64,000 nucleotides of DNA from positions 13,950,001-14,014,000 of the forward strand of contig NC_043000.1 of the NCBI RefSeq assembly GCF_006345805.1. Reading direction: 5' to 3'. The notes under the pieces are model-generated. The model did no database searches. It was not told the DNA's origin and saw only the letters and a list, made by a program, of their open reading frames with translations. The position numbers and the translations under genes were made by a program. How positions within the stretch are numbered: position 1 is the first letter of the stretch; each line of letters opens with the position of its first letter. Shown here in pieces: positions 61,943 through 64,000 of the stretch. This stretch comes from Octopus sinensis. Taxonomy: Eukaryota.

Positions 61943-63935
61943 AACCCTGATGTGGAGTATATCTATACCCTAGATTGAGTATATTATTTATTCCTGAGAC
62001 TAAATAGATTTTCTGGTCTTGCAGAGCAAGTCTTGTCCAAAGTGTGCCATTTTTGTTTTAAACTACAAGTGAAAGCTGATAATAGACTAGTTAATATGGT
62101 TTTAAGTTGTGTGCTATTTCTGAGTTGATGCAGTGTAGCAGTGTATGCTTTGATATATTTATTCATGAAGGTTGTGTGTGGCTATCAATGTATGATAAAT
62201 AATGCAGGAGTTGTGCTATTTATATAAAACCATCATAGACTTGATTAATTAAATTTTCTCTTTGAACACCTAAACATATTTCTCTATCTGCCAGGTAATT
62301 TGTATCTTTCTATCACCGCTGGCGGAATATTCCATATGCGTTCTACAAATCCTGCACTAAAATTAAATGCTCCATTCTTTTGGTGAACTGGTATGTTTGG
62401 TTGCCTCAAAACACTTAGACAAACATCATCATTTAACGTACACTTTTCCATACTTGCATGGGTCAGATGGAATTTGTTGAGGCAGATTTTCTACAGCTGA
62501 ATGCCTTGGTTCTAAGCACGGTAATATTTTCCCATGGCTAGACATAGAGAGGACTGAACCCAAGACCACATGGTTGGGAAGTAAGCTTCTTAACCACACA
62601 ACTACACCTGTACCTATACATCTCTGGAAAATATTTGTTTTAAAAAAAAAATTGCTACAAAGGAAATTTTCACATTAATTTTAAAAAGATTTGAATTTTG
62701 TGATGACTTGTTGATGTTTAGTCCAAGGTCAGCCATAATCATCTTAACTATCCAGTTTACATTGTCCAGTATGTCTTTCCATTTTATAAAGCAGATGATT
62801 TGAGAGAGAGTCAGAGAGCTGGCTTTTATCTGAAAATATCAAGTTACCATATAAGAAGCTCCTTCAGTTGGCTGATTAGTATTCATAAAAATTGTAGGCA
62901 ATGTAGTGAAATACAACCTATAAATTTGCTGCTTGTTAAGCAATTTTTCCAATCACACAACCCTATTTGTAAATATATCATTCAGTAAAACACAGGTGAG
63001 GAAGTGTAAATATTAATAAATCCATAACAAACTAAATCCTAAACACTTTGAATGTCAAAAGTATGGCTGTTGCCAACATGACTTTAACCTTTTTGATACT
63101 AACCTGTTTGAGACTGCTCCTGGTTCTATGATACAACCTGGTTTTAACGTGATCGAAATTAAAGTCTAATGCCAAAATTTCATGTTAATTGATGTTCCAA
63201 ACACTAGCTTAGTAATGACTATTTGTATTCAACAGAAATATGGTAACAAAATATTTAATCATTTATCTGCTGAAAACCTGGTTTTGGCAATAATTATATA
63301 AAGATGAAAAAATTTTTAATGCATAGAGTTACTAAGTTTTAACCCTTTAGCATTCAGATTACCTTATTTAATATTCATTCACATTGTTTTAAATTGATCG
63401 TGCATTATTTCGTAGCTTCTAGATTTTGATGATGTGATTGTTTATTTTTAGAATGACATTGTATAGTAGGTATGTGAAGCCAGATTTGGCTGGAGGTGGC
63501 CAATTTAAATGCTAATTAGTTTAAACATCATTTGAGGGGTAGGAAATGAAAATGGCTTTTTTTGTAAGAATCTTAATTGTAGTCAGCAGATCTAATTGGA
63601 GACCATACCTCTATGATATAATAGGATGGAAACAAAGTGCCAAAACCTAATCAATATAGAAGCAGTAAAATTTTTAAAAACCTCCATACTAATAGCTTTA
63701 CTTCCAAACTTATTTTGTCTTGTAATATTCTGAAAATGGTAAATATTTTATGAATTTGTGTTGCAAGACTCTTGATGTGAAACTCTGAGTTGAAACAGAT
63801 ATTGTTATATTTTGGGAGCCCCTACCCACAATAAACACTTATGTACTACATATTAATTCTTCACTCATTTATTACTGTTCTCATTTCATCACATCTTTGG
63901 CTTCCTCTGCGACACTTTTCGTCCTCGTGTGTACG

Positions 63936-64000
63936 CCTGCTCTACTTAGTCCATTCTGTTCTTTTATGATCATAGAACAGAATGGACTAAGCAGAGCAGG
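63936..64000. repeat. 27-bp stem hairpin running to the window edge
   Basis: cctgctctacttagtccattctgttct / agaacagaatggactaagcagagcagg, 1 mismatch, 11-nt loop. Confidence 0.9.

Overview
AT-rich, repeat-dense animal genomic DNA, most likely an octopus (inferred from the tRNA-derived SINE families, RTE and Penelope relics and abundant (TA)n/(CA)n microsatellites; not verified by search). No intact long protein-coding region, CRISPR array or prokaryotic-type system is present, and nearly all ORF-track entries are microsatellite or repeat translations. The window holds three tRNA-derived SINE families, RTE LINE fragments, decayed Penelope-like and mariner transposons, Tc1/pogo, piggyBac-like and hAT MITEs, and a non-autonomous Helitron. 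A probable + strand promoter and first exon (~33.4-34.2 kb) carries a 44-codon strong-Kozak ORF, followed by a candidate 88-nt second exon. Most notable: (i) several unrelated short elements embedded in (TA)n tracts, each carrying a minimal type I hammerhead ribozyme of the Penelope pLTR type; (ii) the putative peptide uORF; (iii) a ~300-nt nested-stem intronic region with an H-type pseudoknot; (iv) inverted SINE/MITE pairs in the putative pre-mRNA that could form ADAR substrates; (v) an RTE LINE with a twin-priming-type inversion. All calls were read by eye; boundaries of decayed elements are approximate.
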